Part shown: positions 11,068 to 21,159 of the stretch, in pieces
Layout: every line of letters begins with the position of its first letter
Numbering within the stretch: position 1 is the first letter of the stretch
Source of the DNA: Opitutales bacterium
Lineage (GTDB): Bacteria; Verrucomicrobiota; Verrucomicrobiia; Opitutales; PNEW01
DNA length: 64,000 nucleotides
Assembly (NCBI GenBank): GCA_965197745.1
Contig: CBDANS010000006.1
Location: 704,001-768,000, forward strand
Direction: 5' to 3'
Program-made: the position numbers and the translations under genes
The notes under the pieces: model-generated
Told to the model about the DNA's origin: nothing
Databases searched by the model: none
The model's input: only the letters and a program-made list of their open reading frames with translations

Positions 11068-13068
11068 TCAGTTGATCGTAATCGTCACGCTTCGGCCCGG
11101 TCGTTCCAGGTTACCGCTGTCGTCGACGGCTCGGCTCAAGATCGTGAAGGTTCCCGCCCGTGGCGGCAGCCACTGATAGTACCAGGTCTCGCGTCCAATT
11201 GCCGGATGCCAAGTGACACTGTTATCGAGAGATACTTCGACTGCGGCGACTTTTCCGCCGCCTGTGTCTTGAGCGGTGCCACTGATCATCAAGGTGCTAT
11301 GAGGCAGTGTCGCGCCTGAGCTGGGAACATGCACTGTCGAAGTTGGAGGTTCCTCGTCGGTGGACGCGATAGCCAGTGCAAGATCTTCTTGTAGCGTCGC
11401 CGGTTGCACACCCATGTCTGCAAACAGATTGATGGTGGCTTGTTGGATGTTCCTATCGGGCCCATTTGGATCGACGCCCACCCGGGTCGAGTCGGTATTA
11501 GCACGCTCCGGCGGTACCCCGGTCTCGGTATCGTGGTGGGCATCCAAACCCCAACCCCACTGCACGGTGCCCGCGCCGAAGACCAGGGCACCGCTATTGT
11601 GACGATAAAGCGTCAGATGGTGGGTCGCGGTGCCTGAGTCATATACCGCGCCGTGGTCCTGAATGTAGGGAACGTTGTCGATGGTTGTCTCGGACAGGCG
11701 AAACAAACCGGGTGGGCGAAAACCGTTGTCGAGGTCCTCGTCCCACTCATGACCGAGCAGGCCCTTGAGCAAGACTGCTCTTTCGCCCGGCTCGAGATTG
11801 GCAACCTCTGTGTTGCGCCAGAACCGCAAGGCGGCGTATTCGGCGGGCACGATGAGTGGGTCGTTGCGCCATGCGTTAACGGTGAAAATGGTGCCGGTTA
11901 GGGCGTTTTCCGGCTGCGGTCCCTCCGGATTAAAAGGTCGCGAGTCACGCCACGTCCCGGTCCAAACGTCGGCGACGGGGTCAGTCTTGGCGTTATCGCG
12001 CGTTTCCTTGTAGGTGACCAATGTCCGATGAGCGTTGCTTGAGGAGTCAATGCTTGGCTCCCAGCGGATTTTCCAAAAAACTTCATTGCCGCTGAAAAAG
12101 GCGAGGTGAACGCCCGCATCACGTGCCGCTTCGACATGTCGCCTTTGCTCAAGAGACCAGTATTCGTCGTGACCGACTGACAGAAACAGGCGGTGCTTGA
12201 GGATCTCTTCGCCGCGCCGATCGCTGTCGATACCGGTGAAGTAGCTGACGTCGTAGCCATTGGCCTCAAGCCATCGGATGAAAGGATACTCGGCATTGAA
12301 AACCATGTTGACGGCTCGGTAATGGCGGGTCTCGATCGGGCGGTTGTAGCTCACCTTGTAAGCGCGGGGCGGTCCGCCGTGTTCGCGTGGATTGTCCAGG
12401 TTAAGTCGGCCGTAGGTACAGTGGCCGCCATAGCGGTTGTAGGCCTGCCAGGTGGTATCCGAAGTTTGGAAGAGAATGTCAGAGCTGCCGTTGTCGTCCC
12501 GCACAACAAAATAGATATGGCTTGCTCGCGGTTCGCGCAACGCATTGGCAAGACGTCCATGTCCCAACGCTCCATAGGCATGTTGCGAGGCAGGTGGCCT
12601 CTCCGCCGGGCTTTCTCGACTATTGTCCGCACGCCAGCCCGCAGGGTCGGAATCCTGTCGTACCAGGCGCGCGAAATAGAATCCCGATGTGGCGTCTGAC
12701 GGCGCTTGCCAGGAAGCCGAGACAGCCCAGTTGCCGCAATCGTAGAGGTGAGTGGTCGAGTCCGTCATACATTCCGGCTGAAGTTGGGGGAGAGAGATCG
12801 ACGGCTTGATGGTGTCGACACGACGTGCGCCCAGCCCACCATAGAAACCCATTCGATAAATGTCGATCCGATAGTCGGTCGAGTCCGTTTTGATCTTGAA
12901 GAAGATCGTCTCACCCTGATTGATGCTGATGTCGTGGCCGAAGCCCTGGATCGTCGGATCGCCCCAGCCGTTAATATCCCACTCGGTTGCGGGATCGCCC
13001 GGTAGGCAGTTTTCTAGGACTATACTGTTGGCGGGTTGTGGGCCGCGATCTATCGGTTCTTGACTCAT
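11068..13068 (-). CDS. N,N-dimethylformamidase beta-subunit-like protein with C-terminal Ig-like domain (gene cassette)
   Basis: IVLENCLPG, IYRMGFYGG, TTWQAYN, VSYNRP, GHDEYWS, VFGAGTVQW motifs; GC-rich relative to flanks. Confidence 0.75.
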   Translation of the reverse strand: MSQEPIDRGPQPANSIVLENCLPGDPATEWDINGWGDPTIQGFGHDISINQGETIFFKIKTDSTDYRIDIYRMGFYGGLGARRVDTIKPSISLPQLQPECMTDSTTHLYDCGNWAVSASWQAPSDATSGFYFARLVRQDSDPAGWRADNSRESPAERPPASQHAYGALGHGRLANALREPRASHIYFVVRDDNGSSDILFQTSDTTWQAYNRYGGHCTYGRLNLDNPREHGGPPRAYKVSYNRPIETRHYRAVNMVFNAEYPFIRWLEANGYDVSYFTGIDSDRRGEEILKHRLFLSVGHDEYWSLEQRRHVEAARDAGVHLAFFSGNEVFWKIRWEPSIDSSSNAHRTLVTYKETRDNAKTDPVADVWTGTWRDSRPFNPEGPQPENALTGTIFTVNAWRNDPLIVPAEYAALRFWRNTEVANLEPGERAVLLKGLLGHEWDEDLDNGFRPPGLFRLSETTIDNVPYIQDHGAVYDSGTATHHLTLYRHNSGALVFGAGTVQWGWGLDAHHDTETGVPPERANTDSTRVGVDPNGPDRNIQQATINLFADMGVQPATLQEDLALAIASTDEEPPTSTVHVPSSGATLPHSTLMISGTAQDTGGGKVAAVEVSLDNSVTWHPAIGRETWYYQWLPPRAGTFTILSRAVDDSGNLERPGRSVTITIN

Positions 13069-13139
13069 ATGTACCCGTTCTAGTTTATGCCATCACAACG
13101 TGTGCCAAATGACATTGTTCATGCCTCCGAAGTAATGCG

Positions 13140-13213
13140 GGCTAACATTAGATTAGCCAACAGGCTTTCGAGATAACCTCCGCTATCGCGAGGGGAAAGG
13201 CAACTGGCAAATC
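13140..13213 (-). mobile_element. attI-like cassette insertion pad, family A copy 1
   Basis: Minus strand ...GGCTAAT-CTAAT-GTTAGCC; the 67 bp upstream of the core align ungapped with 34419-34485 (53/67 by manual count). Confidence 0.55.
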
Positions 13214-13253
13214 TAAAAGAGAGTCGAAGGTCCAAAGTCGAAAGCGGAGAGCG

Positions 13254-13575
13254 CAAGCGCATGACGCAGGGCTGGGCATTTCTTTTCGGCTACATCATTG
13301 CGATGATTCAAGCCTTGGAGAACGAAAGTTGAACGGGTTGCCTGTCACGCTTCACCTTCTTATTGTCATTGCGAGGGAGGCTATCAGCCGACAGTGGCTA
13401 CCGAACGTGAAACGCGACATCTTCCATTCCAGGGAAAAGCCGGTTACGTATTGACATTCCCCTGGATTGTGAAATGTCGCTGCGCTCGGTAGCCGCGTCG
13501 CGCTGCTCCTCGCAATGACAATAGAGGATTACTAAGATGAGAATTATACCCGATAACCGTTAAGATCAATCCGCA
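13254..13575 (+). repeat. Direct repeat copy 2: orphan 3' fragment of uxuA plus downstream element
   Basis: Encodes KRMTQGWAFLFGYIIAMIQALENES* with no upstream gene body. Confidence 0.95.
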
Positions 13576-13591
13576 TTCCGCAATCGATAGA

Positions 13592-15811
13592 TCATTCTAT
13601 CGTGATCTCATCAATATTCACCGCGATCTCGTCACCGTCCTCGTTGGCGAATGTGGCATCGATGCTCTGTGTCGGTTGAGGGGTGTTGTCGGATTTGAAG
13701 TTGTTCTGGGTGATCAAGGTTTCAAACCCGGTGGTTGTTGAACCACTCTCCGCGACTACGACTGCGGCATCATTTGTCTGCACCAGATCTCCGCCGGTGA
13801 TACGCAATCCCGGATTGCCAGCCGGCACCGTGAAGGAACCATCCGCAAACAGTAAATGCGGAACCGCGTCGCCACTGGCATCGATATCACCGACGGTTAA
13901 GCGCACCGCAATCGGGACTCCTCGCGCATCGACACCGACTTTTCCGGTGCTTCCAGAAAAAACAGTGTTCGACAACTGCATCCCTCCCATACCCGTGGAG
14001 TTAATCACTTCCACAAGGGTGACGTCCGCCTGGGCATCATAGACCTGTCCCTCCGGAAAGAGGGCCTGGTTCACGGCGTTGATCGATCCTACCGTAAAGA
14101 TACTGAAGAAGGTGTCGGCGTCCGCTCCGTCGATAACCACGCTCGGCTTGCCTGTAACGTACTCTACTGCCTGGTTGTAGCGCGGGGGAATGGCCGGTGG
14201 CAGGAAGGTGGCCGGGTCGAGGGTAACGGTAAAAGTCCCTGTGCCGGAGAACTCTACCTGTACAATGTCCTCGTTTTCATCCATGAAGGAGACCCGTGTA
14301 ATTTGTCCCGGTCTGGCCTGTAGCTGGATGGATTCACCCGTGAGTAAAATCTGGTCGAAGACATTACCGTTAGGGTGCTGAATATTTTCTCCGGCGATGT
14401 CTCCCGAGCCGTCGAGAACGAGGGGGACAGAAGGAGCGGCTACGGTAATGACAGCAGTATCACTGTCAGCGCTACCTCCGGCGTTGTTTATCTGTACCCA
14501 GAAGTTCGTGTTCGCGGTGAGAGCGCCGGTGGTGTAAGTGCTGCCGGTTGCTCCGGCAACGGGGTTGGCGGTGTCACCGCTGTTACCCGTATACCACTGG
14601 TAAGTCAGGTCGTCGCCACTGGCAGCGACGGACAGGCTCGCCGAAGCGCCCGACTGCACTTCCTGGCTGGCGGGATGGGTAGTTATGGATGGACCCTGTG
14701 CGGGAGGTGGTTCACCACCACTACCCGGTGCGCCGATGGGGGTATAACCGATGTCGTCCATGCTAATGCTATCAACATTTCCCGTTGTCGAAGTGATCGT
14801 CGTGTTCGTATAGTGGACACTTCCAATTCCCCCCGGAGCGCCTAATGCCACCGCATTGAAGTCGAAATAGGTAAATGGTTGACTAAATTCAACACTTATA
14901 TTCATGCCGATGTCGTCGGTCGATGTGAGCAAGTTACCTTCGGGATCGAAGATTTCAATTAAGCCATCGTTCTCAAAAAATACCGCGGCATAGAATTGTA
15001 CCTGAGCAACCGGGGTTTCAAATTCAATTACGCCGGTCGCTTCTTCAACCGGTTGGCCTGAGATCTCGGCAGCGACAACACCCCAAAACCAGCCGTCCGC
15101 CCCGGGTAAGGTATGGTAAAAAAATTGTGGACCTTTTGAGACGACACCACCCGTAACGGTGGCAGTGTACGGGGGAAAGCCTATAGTAAAATTACTTTTA
15201 CTACCATTAGGTGGTAAAAAAATCGCACGTTCCGCAGCCATCTCAAAATCATCAAATACTGTATTATTGGGCGGTCCTTCCACATAGGTAAATCCAAGGT
15301 CATCGATGGCGACTTGTCCTCCTGGATTGACGATCTTAATTTCTGTTACACCACTCGTAAAATTCAAATCCGTTAAATCCTGAATATCCCCGCTGAAGGC
15401 AACGAAGCTTTGCAGACCGGGGGTGGCTGGCAAACCGTTCACCACACCTGCTGGGGCAAGAGTAATAAAATTTTTATCTCTGAGTTCGATCCTGCCACCC
15501 CCCAGTGTGTCAGTAGCGTAGAACTGAAGCAGGTTTACCCCTCTTTCAAATAAAATTTTATGATCTGAAGCACTTGGATCGAGGACCAATGCTCGACTGC
15601 CCGAGTTAGCGAGACTGGATTCTACTCCATCTTGCAGAATGAAGCCAATTACGCGGATAGTAAAGGGCGCTTCCCCGATGATGAATTCCGATCCTTCAGC
15701 AGTAACATTTTCAAAATCGAAAAAAGTATCGAGATCCTGAGGTTCAGCTATTAGAAGAACGGGTAATACTATTAATATTAATAAAAAAGAACTACAATAT
15801 TTTAAGCTCAT
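13592..15811 (-). CDS. Secreted protein: two tandem beta-sandwich-like domains + Ig domain + conserved 274-aa C-terminal domain (CTD copy 1)
   Basis: Sec signal MSLKYCSSFLLILIVLPVLLIA; internal repeat (FFDFE..IDDLGFT / VFDDFE..MDDIGYT); PSITTHPASQ..LTYQWY Ig; CTD 13592-14416. Confidence 0.85.
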   Translation of the reverse strand: MSLKYCSSFLLILIVLPVLLIAEPQDLDTFFDFENVTAEGSEFIIGEAPFTIRVIGFILQDGVESSLANSGSRALVLDPSASDHKILFERGVNLLQFYATDTLGGGRIELRDKNFITLAPAGVVNGLPATPGLQSFVAFSGDIQDLTDLNFTSGVTEIKIVNPGGQVAIDDLGFTYVEGPPNNTVFDDFEMAAERAIFLPPNGSKSNFTIGFPPYTATVTGGVVSKGPQFFYHTLPGADGWFWGVVAAEISGQPVEEATGVIEFETPVAQVQFYAAVFFENDGLIEIFDPEGNLLTSTDDIGMNISVEFSQPFTYFDFNAVALGAPGGIGSVHYTNTTITSTTGNVDSISMDDIGYTPIGAPGSGGEPPPAQGPSITTHPASQEVQSGASASLSVAASGDDLTYQWYTGNSGDTANPVAGATGSTYTTGALTANTNFWVQINNAGGSADSDTAVITVAAPSVPLVLDGSGDIAGENIQHPNGNVFDQILLTGESIQLQARPGQITRVSFMDENEDIVQVEFSGTGTFTVTLDPATFLPPAIPPRYNQAVEYVTGKPSVVIDGADADTFFSIFTVGSINAVNQALFPEGQVYDAQADVTLVEVINSTGMGGMQLSNTVFSGSTGKVGVDARGVPIAVRLTVGDIDASGDAVPHLLFADGSFTVPAGNPGLRITGGDLVQTNDAAVVVAESGSTTTGFETLITQNNFKSDNTPQPTQSIDATFANEDGDEIAVNIDEITIE

Positions 15812-15904
15812 GCTCGACTCCTTATTCGTTGGCTCATATTTAATAAATAGATATTCCTGTTTGGGTCAATGGTTGTGAAAAACCCGAAAGCCTTAGCTTT
15901 TATA

Positions 15905-17833
15905 TCAGTGGTCCTGTGGAATCACCGGCAGCACGATGTGCGACGGCCGCGTTCGATCCATGTGGATGGTGTTATGCGCTATTAATGTGTGCGTATGCCG
16001 ACCTACAGGTTCTCCGGTGTTAGGATTTACATCCAACCTTGGAAAATTGCTGCTCGATATATCGAGCCGGATCCGATGTCCCGCCTTAAACAGGTTGCTC
16101 GTCGCGGGAAGCGTGATCTTCAAAGGATAAACCTGATCCGGTTCCATCATCTCCGGTACGGTCCATGAATTTCGATAGCGGCACCTGAGTATCGTGTCGG
16201 TCAGGTTCATTCGATATCCATTTGGATAATCCTCGTTCTGGGGATATACGTCGACCAGCTTCGCGGTGAAATCCGTGTCACCCGCGGTCGATGAAACCCA
16301 GAGATTGACGACTACCTGTCCCGTAACTTCAACATCCATTTCCAGCGGATCGGTTTGAAATACGATAACATCAGGACGCTCTTCCAGGAGTTGATATGGG
16401 GACTCAACTCCGACCATCCATTCAGCCTCGACCTGGTCGAATGGCCCCCACGGAACAATCTGTTCCCAGTAATTGCTGTAATAGGAGATCCGTTCGCCAA
16501 ATGGCGGGACTTCCGAAAATCCCCCCCGCGGCTGAGTAATTCCAGCGAGATGGGCCATATTTCCACCTGCGGTTGGAACCGGATTCTGAGGGTTATATTC
16601 GAACGTGATCGAATCTTTATCAGATTGAGATTTCCTGTCGGATAACTTGAAATCCGATTTCAAAAAGAGTAATCGAAGCATTGTCCGCTTAATCGGCCAC
16701 TCCATCTCTGCCCGCCAACTGCCGCCGTGGTCGAGAAGCCCATCCGACGTTTTACGACCCGTGCCTCCGCCCATTACGAAAATTTTGACGGGTGAGTCTT
16801 TATCAACTCCATGGGCCACACCTTTCAGCCACTGATCAAACCATCGCCGTCGAATTTCACTGTGTACCGGGTAACCCCACTGAGCATCCCTACCGAATTC
16901 GGCGTCACCGAGTGACGTGGTGTTAATGCGCATGGTTCCGTGTCCCCACGGTCCGATTAACAGACGGGAGGGCTTACTGTTTCGAGCAACCATCGCTTCA
17001 AAGTATCCTGTCGAGGCATCGATGAACGGGTCGAACCAGCCACCTGTAATCAAGCACGGAATGTCAGCGTGGTGATCCCAGTAGGGCGTCTGATCATTGC
17101 ACTCCTGCGCCCACCATTCGTCATATTCACCTCGCCAGTAATAATTGAAAAGTGTCTCTTCAAGATAAGGCGACGCGGCCAGTGAAATTTTCCCCTTTTG
17201 GAGTGGCATGTTCTGCATTGTTGTTCGGGCATTCTTCAACCCTTCTACGAGCGTTTGCACCGCTTCAGGATTGTCCCGATTTTCCTGGGCATCCAGACCG
17301 TGCATGTAAATTGCCGTGTACATGTGCAGCGCCATGGCCCCGCCCTCTCGGGCTTCATGTAAGTAGATGTTCGTCGGTCCCTGTTCAGGGCAAATAGTCG
17401 TCAGGTGAGGGGGTTGATGTAGTGCGGCCTGCGTCTGAACAATCGCGCGATGCGAACTGCCCATCAATCCCACATGGCCATTCGACCAGGGTTGCGCAGC
17501 AACCCACTCGATTGCGTCATACCCGTCATCGCCATCCCAGAGGTTGCAGGTGTGGTAGTAACGCCCGTCGCCCTCTGATTTATAACGGGATCGAAGATCC
17601 TGAAGAATGAATACATAGCCATATTCTACGTACTGCGAGGGCACACCGTCCCATTCGGACGCTGTTTTGTTGTAGGAGGTACGAACCATTATTGTCGGCC
17701 AATTGCCATCCGACCGCTTTCCATCCATTCCGGCGGGAAAATAAATGTCCGTTGCCAGCCGAATTCCGTCACGCATCGGAACCATCACGTTAGATTCAAG
17801 ACAAATGTTATAGAGTGGATCTTTACCGGCCAT
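15905..17833 (-). CDS. CocE/NonD family hydrolase
   Basis: VPMRDGIRLATDIY, QDLRSRYKSEG, QPWSNG, GGWFD, IGPWGH, DTDFTAKLVDV, ISSSNFPR. Confidence 0.9.
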   Translation of the reverse strand: MAGKDPLYNICLESNVMVPMRDGIRLATDIYFPAGMDGKRSDGNWPTIMVRTSYNKTASEWDGVPSQYVEYGYVFILQDLRSRYKSEGDGRYYHTCNLWDGDDGYDAIEWVAAQPWSNGHVGLMGSSHRAIVQTQAALHQPPHLTTICPEQGPTNIYLHEAREGGAMALHMYTAIYMHGLDAQENRDNPEAVQTLVEGLKNARTTMQNMPLQKGKISLAASPYLEETLFNYYWRGEYDEWWAQECNDQTPYWDHHADIPCLITGGWFDPFIDASTGYFEAMVARNSKPSRLLIGPWGHGTMRINTTSLGDAEFGRDAQWGYPVHSEIRRRWFDQWLKGVAHGVDKDSPVKIFVMGGGTGRKTSDGLLDHGGSWRAEMEWPIKRTMLRLLFLKSDFKLSDRKSQSDKDSITFEYNPQNPVPTAGGNMAHLAGITQPRGGFSEVPPFGERISYYSNYWEQIVPWGPFDQVEAEWMVGVESPYQLLEERPDVIVFQTDPLEMDVEVTGQVVVNLWVSSTAGDTDFTAKLVDVYPQNEDYPNGYRMNLTDTILRCRYRNSWTVPEMMEPDQVYPLKITLPATSNLFKAGHRIRLDISSSNFPRLDVNPNTGEPVGRHTHTLIAHNTIHMDRTRPSHIVLPVIPQDH

Positions 17834-17957
17834 AGGTTACCTTATTTTCCCTTGGATAGGATAGGTTTCAATTTAAAACTCAAGCAGCAGGGAAAAATAC
17901 ACTGAGAACAACTCACCATGAAGGTGATTGATCATATAAGTAAAAAAATGAGAAAAA

Positions 17958-18767
17958 ATGGTAACATTTTTACCCATTCGCTCCATGATTGACTTAAATA
18001 AATTTCCGATTCCTAAACCTATTAGCGAAATTATTCAGGGGGCTTTGCAGGAAGAAGTGGCCTTAGGAGAATCGAAGTCTACCATTTTTCGTGTACACCG
18101 TAATGGGAAAGAAGATTTATATCTTAAACTGGCAGCTGAAAATACAGCCGAACCTATAAAACCCGAAGTGGAGAGACTGAATTGGTTGATTCAGTTCGTG
18201 AATGTACCTCGAGTATGGCACTATGAAATGTCTAACGGGTACGAATTTCTTTTGATGTCCACGATTGCTGGTGTTCCCTCTCACGAAGCAATTGAAAATA
18301 AAAGTCAGACTATCCGGGAATGCGCGCGTGGGCTTAAGCTCATACACGACATTCCCGTATCACAGTGCCATTTTGATAATCGCCTGGATATAAAATTAGA
18401 TAAGGCAAGAAAACGGGTTGAACAAAAAATCGTGGATGAGCATGATTTCAGTCCTGAAAGGTATGGACAGAAAGCCGAGGATTTATTTCGTGAGGCAATG
18501 CGATACCGCACTGAATCCGAGGACCTTGTCGTCACTCACGGCGATTATTGTATGCCTAATATAATCATCCGGGATGGACATTTAAGCGGGTTTGTCGATC
18601 TTTCCGGTGTCGGGATTGCTGATCGATACCAGGATCTGGCTCTTGCCGTTCGAAGTATTGAAAGAAATTTTTCGAAAGATTGGAATAGAGTGTTTTTCGA
18701 AGAATACGGATCCACGCCAAATGCGAAAAAGATTGAATATTATAAGCTGTTGGACGAACTTTTTTAA
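17958..18767 (+). CDS. Aminoglycoside 3'-phosphotransferase APH(3') family
   Basis: LGESKS, LYLK, VVTHGDYCMPNI, FVDL..GIADRYQDLALA, KIEYYKLLDELF C-terminus; true start may be 17985. Confidence 0.85.
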   Translation: MVTFLPIRSMIDLNKFPIPKPISEIIQGALQEEVALGESKSTIFRVHRNGKEDLYLKLAAENTAEPIKPEVERLNWLIQFVNVPRVWHYEMSNGYEFLLMSTIAGVPSHEAIENKSQTIRECARGLKLIHDIPVSQCHFDNRLDIKLDKARKRVEQKIVDEHDFSPERYGQKAEDLFREAMRYRTESEDLVVTHGDYCMPNIIIRDGHLSGFVDLSGVGIADRYQDLALAVRSIERNFSKDWNRVFFEEYGSTPNAKKIEYYKLLDELF

Positions 18768-18887
18768 GAATACTAAACACGCGCACTTCTCCCTTAACCC
18801 TCTCGTCAGGAGTTTTCGAAATGTAAATTCCTTCTGACCGGATCGTGACAAAATAAGTCGCCTGTTTTCATTCTAAAAATTTCGACG

Positions 18888-19658
18888 ATGTTAATCGATA
18901 ACCCCCATGGCAACTATCGGTTTTTAACTGGCATTGCTCCCTACTCAAGTGGTGTCGTGGCAATGCCGGGATTTGAGATTGTCCATATCAATCTCCTGCA
19001 ACCGATAGCATACCTCCAGGGTTTCGAATGGATTGCCCGCCATCTGACCGCGGCACACCGACCACCCCATTCGCTCTGCAGTATCGAACTTCGCCTTCCC
19101 GCACCGCTCAGCTTTGAAGGTTTTTCTGATTTCAATATGAAATACCAGTCAATCTTGACTGAATGGGATCTGCTACTCGACGGCCGCAATCCCGTCGCGC
19201 GGACCAATATCGCCCCTGCCGTACAGCCGCCTGAAGAACCGTCGCTTTACGCCTTTGCTTACACAGTTCCCTCTGAAGATGATGTCACAACATCCACGTT
19301 TATCGTAGCCGGCGCAGGTGATTTGATTGATCAAGGCAATCTTTCACCCACCGCGATTGTGCGACCGAATGAGACATCCGACGAAGCCCTGCGCGAAAAA
19401 GCTATGATCGTTATGAACGTCATGCAGACACGTATGGACGGTCTTCAGGTTGACTGGGCCGCAGCAACGACTATCGATGTTTACACTGTTTACCCCTTGT
19501 ACCCTGTTCTCGTCGACACCGTGCTTAGCCAGGTGGGGTGCGCCGCGGTCCATGGTGTCCATTGGCACTTCGGGCATCCTCCCATTGAAGGACTTGCCTT
19601 TGAAATGGATCTTCGCGGGGTTCGGGAAGAAAAATGGATAGATACTGAAGGAATGTAA
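18888..19658 (+). CDS. CnbZ-like (2-amino-5-chloromuconate deaminase)/RidA-related protein
   Basis: GNYRFLTGIAPYSSGVVA, LCSIELR, NPVARTN, FIVAGAG, PPIEGLAFEMD motifs, recalled from this family. Confidence 0.6.
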   Translation: MLIDNPHGNYRFLTGIAPYSSGVVAMPGFEIVHINLLQPIAYLQGFEWIARHLTAAHRPPHSLCSIELRLPAPLSFEGFSDFNMKYQSILTEWDLLLDGRNPVARTNIAPAVQPPEEPSLYAFAYTVPSEDDVTTSTFIVAGAGDLIDQGNLSPTAIVRPNETSDEALREKAMIVMNVMQTRMDGLQVDWAAATTIDVYTVYPLYPVLVDTVLSQVGCAAVHGVHWHFGHPPIEGLAFEMDLRGVREEKWIDTEGM

Positions 19659-20192
19659 TATTAATTATGCAGCTACAGGGGCATTGGTTGATCATAACCG
19701 CTAAGAAATATGAGTAATATTCAAGTAATCGTATGCTGGTAAGCGACGAATTGAGGGAAATTTTAACCATTCAGAAGATGATGATTAGCAATAGACATTT
19801 GCCTGGAATGGAAGATGTCGGGCTCTGCCCTCGGTAGCTTCGTCGCTACACTCCTCGCAATGACAATACGTGTGTAATCTGTAAGAGGATAATTAGAACA
19901 TGCTGCATATTCATACCTTTGTCATTACAAGACCCGCGGGCGCGGGACGAAGCTACCGAGCGCAGCGACATCTTCCAAAAGCACAAGATAGATTAAAATA
20001 GAATGGAGGGACGCGCTCCGTCGCGTCCGCTAATAAGTCTATAATGGTGGAGCGGGCTGCCTGACCGACATAGTCCCGCCACCGCGGGACGACGGTTGGT
20101 TCTCAGCACGTTTCTTAAATTGCGATTAAAAGAAATAACGCACTAGAGACAGCGCGTTCCACCTTCAATCAGCAATAATACTTGTTCCATTT

Positions 20193-21062
20193 TTAATCCG
20201 CGACCCAATGGTGAAAGAGGGGTTTTACGTCTTCTGATAGTTTTTCATACACCTCACGCTTTACGAGTGGACTATCAAAATTTTTCCCGTTCGTCTCCAC
20301 AATCATACGCGTATGATCCGGTGTCCCTATCATCGCGGGATTAAGATTAAACCACCAGGGGACATAACGAATGATTAAGGCAATGCGCGGCTCATCGCTT
20401 TTATTTACTCCTCCCGCGTGCCAGACACGGGGATCAAAAAGGAGCACATCCCCCGGCTCGCCACTGATTTGTACTTCCGTTTTATGAGGGGCGTGGATAT
20501 CGATGCCATTAGCTCCCTCGACTGAAGGGCCGTTACCGATACGGTGACTTCCGGGAATAAAATAAGTGCCGCCTGTTGTTTCATTGAATGGCGTCATCAT
20601 CCAAATTGTTGTCATGCCCATCATAACGTCCGGATAGGGTGCTGTAATATGCATCGCATTGGTTTGATTATAGGGCCAGGCATCATGCCAATAGAAACGA
20701 TCCGTTCCCGGATCTTTTATAAGAACTGAGGTAAACACGATCCGCGCATAGGGTCCCATCAATGCTTCCGCAACACCCAGTACTTTTTCATGTGAGAGAT
20801 AGGGGGCGAATACCTGGGTGTTATTAATTAAACCCTTGGCCTGATGTTCCCCTTGGATGCTCATTTTATGACCTTGCGCCCGGGTCTTTGCTTTTTCTTT
20901 TTCTATCTCCGCGAATGCTTCTTCACTTACATTTAAAACCTCCTCGCGAATAGCACTGACTTTGTCTTCAGGTATCACGCCTTTCGCCACACAAAAACCA
21001 CTCATCTTTATATCGCTTACGATTTCTTCGAGCGTCTGTATGTCTTCCTTCTCTTTTGTCAT
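20193..21062 (-). CDS. PhyH-family Fe(II)/2-oxoglutarate dioxygenase with atypical H-D-A triad
   Basis: GFCVAKGVI, WHDAWPY, GGTYFIPGSH, GDVLLFDPRVWHAG. Confidence 0.85.
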   Translation of the reverse strand: MTKEKEDIQTLEEIVSDIKMSGFCVAKGVIPEDKVSAIREEVLNVSEEAFAEIEKEKAKTRAQGHKMSIQGEHQAKGLINNTQVFAPYLSHEKVLGVAEALMGPYARIVFTSVLIKDPGTDRFYWHDAWPYNQTNAMHITAPYPDVMMGMTTIWMMTPFNETTGGTYFIPGSHRIGNGPSVEGANGIDIHAPHKTEVQISGEPGDVLLFDPRVWHAGGVNKSDEPRIALIIRYVPWWFNLNPAMIGTPDHTRMIVETNGKNFDSPLVKREVYEKLSEDVKPLFHHWVAD

Positions 21063-21159
21063 GACACTAATTTTTCAATGGGTATTATTTTATAAAATAA
21101 AAGAAGAATTATGAATTGATGACAATCTATTGTAATGCCCCATCAGGATGCGTAGAGGA

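Noticed and set aside
13592..14416. CTD as a classical autotransporter beta-barrel
   Set aside because: Size is similar, but there is no C-terminal aromatic residue, no obvious aromatic girdle, and it is Pro/Asp/Glu-rich; not fully excluded without structure prediction
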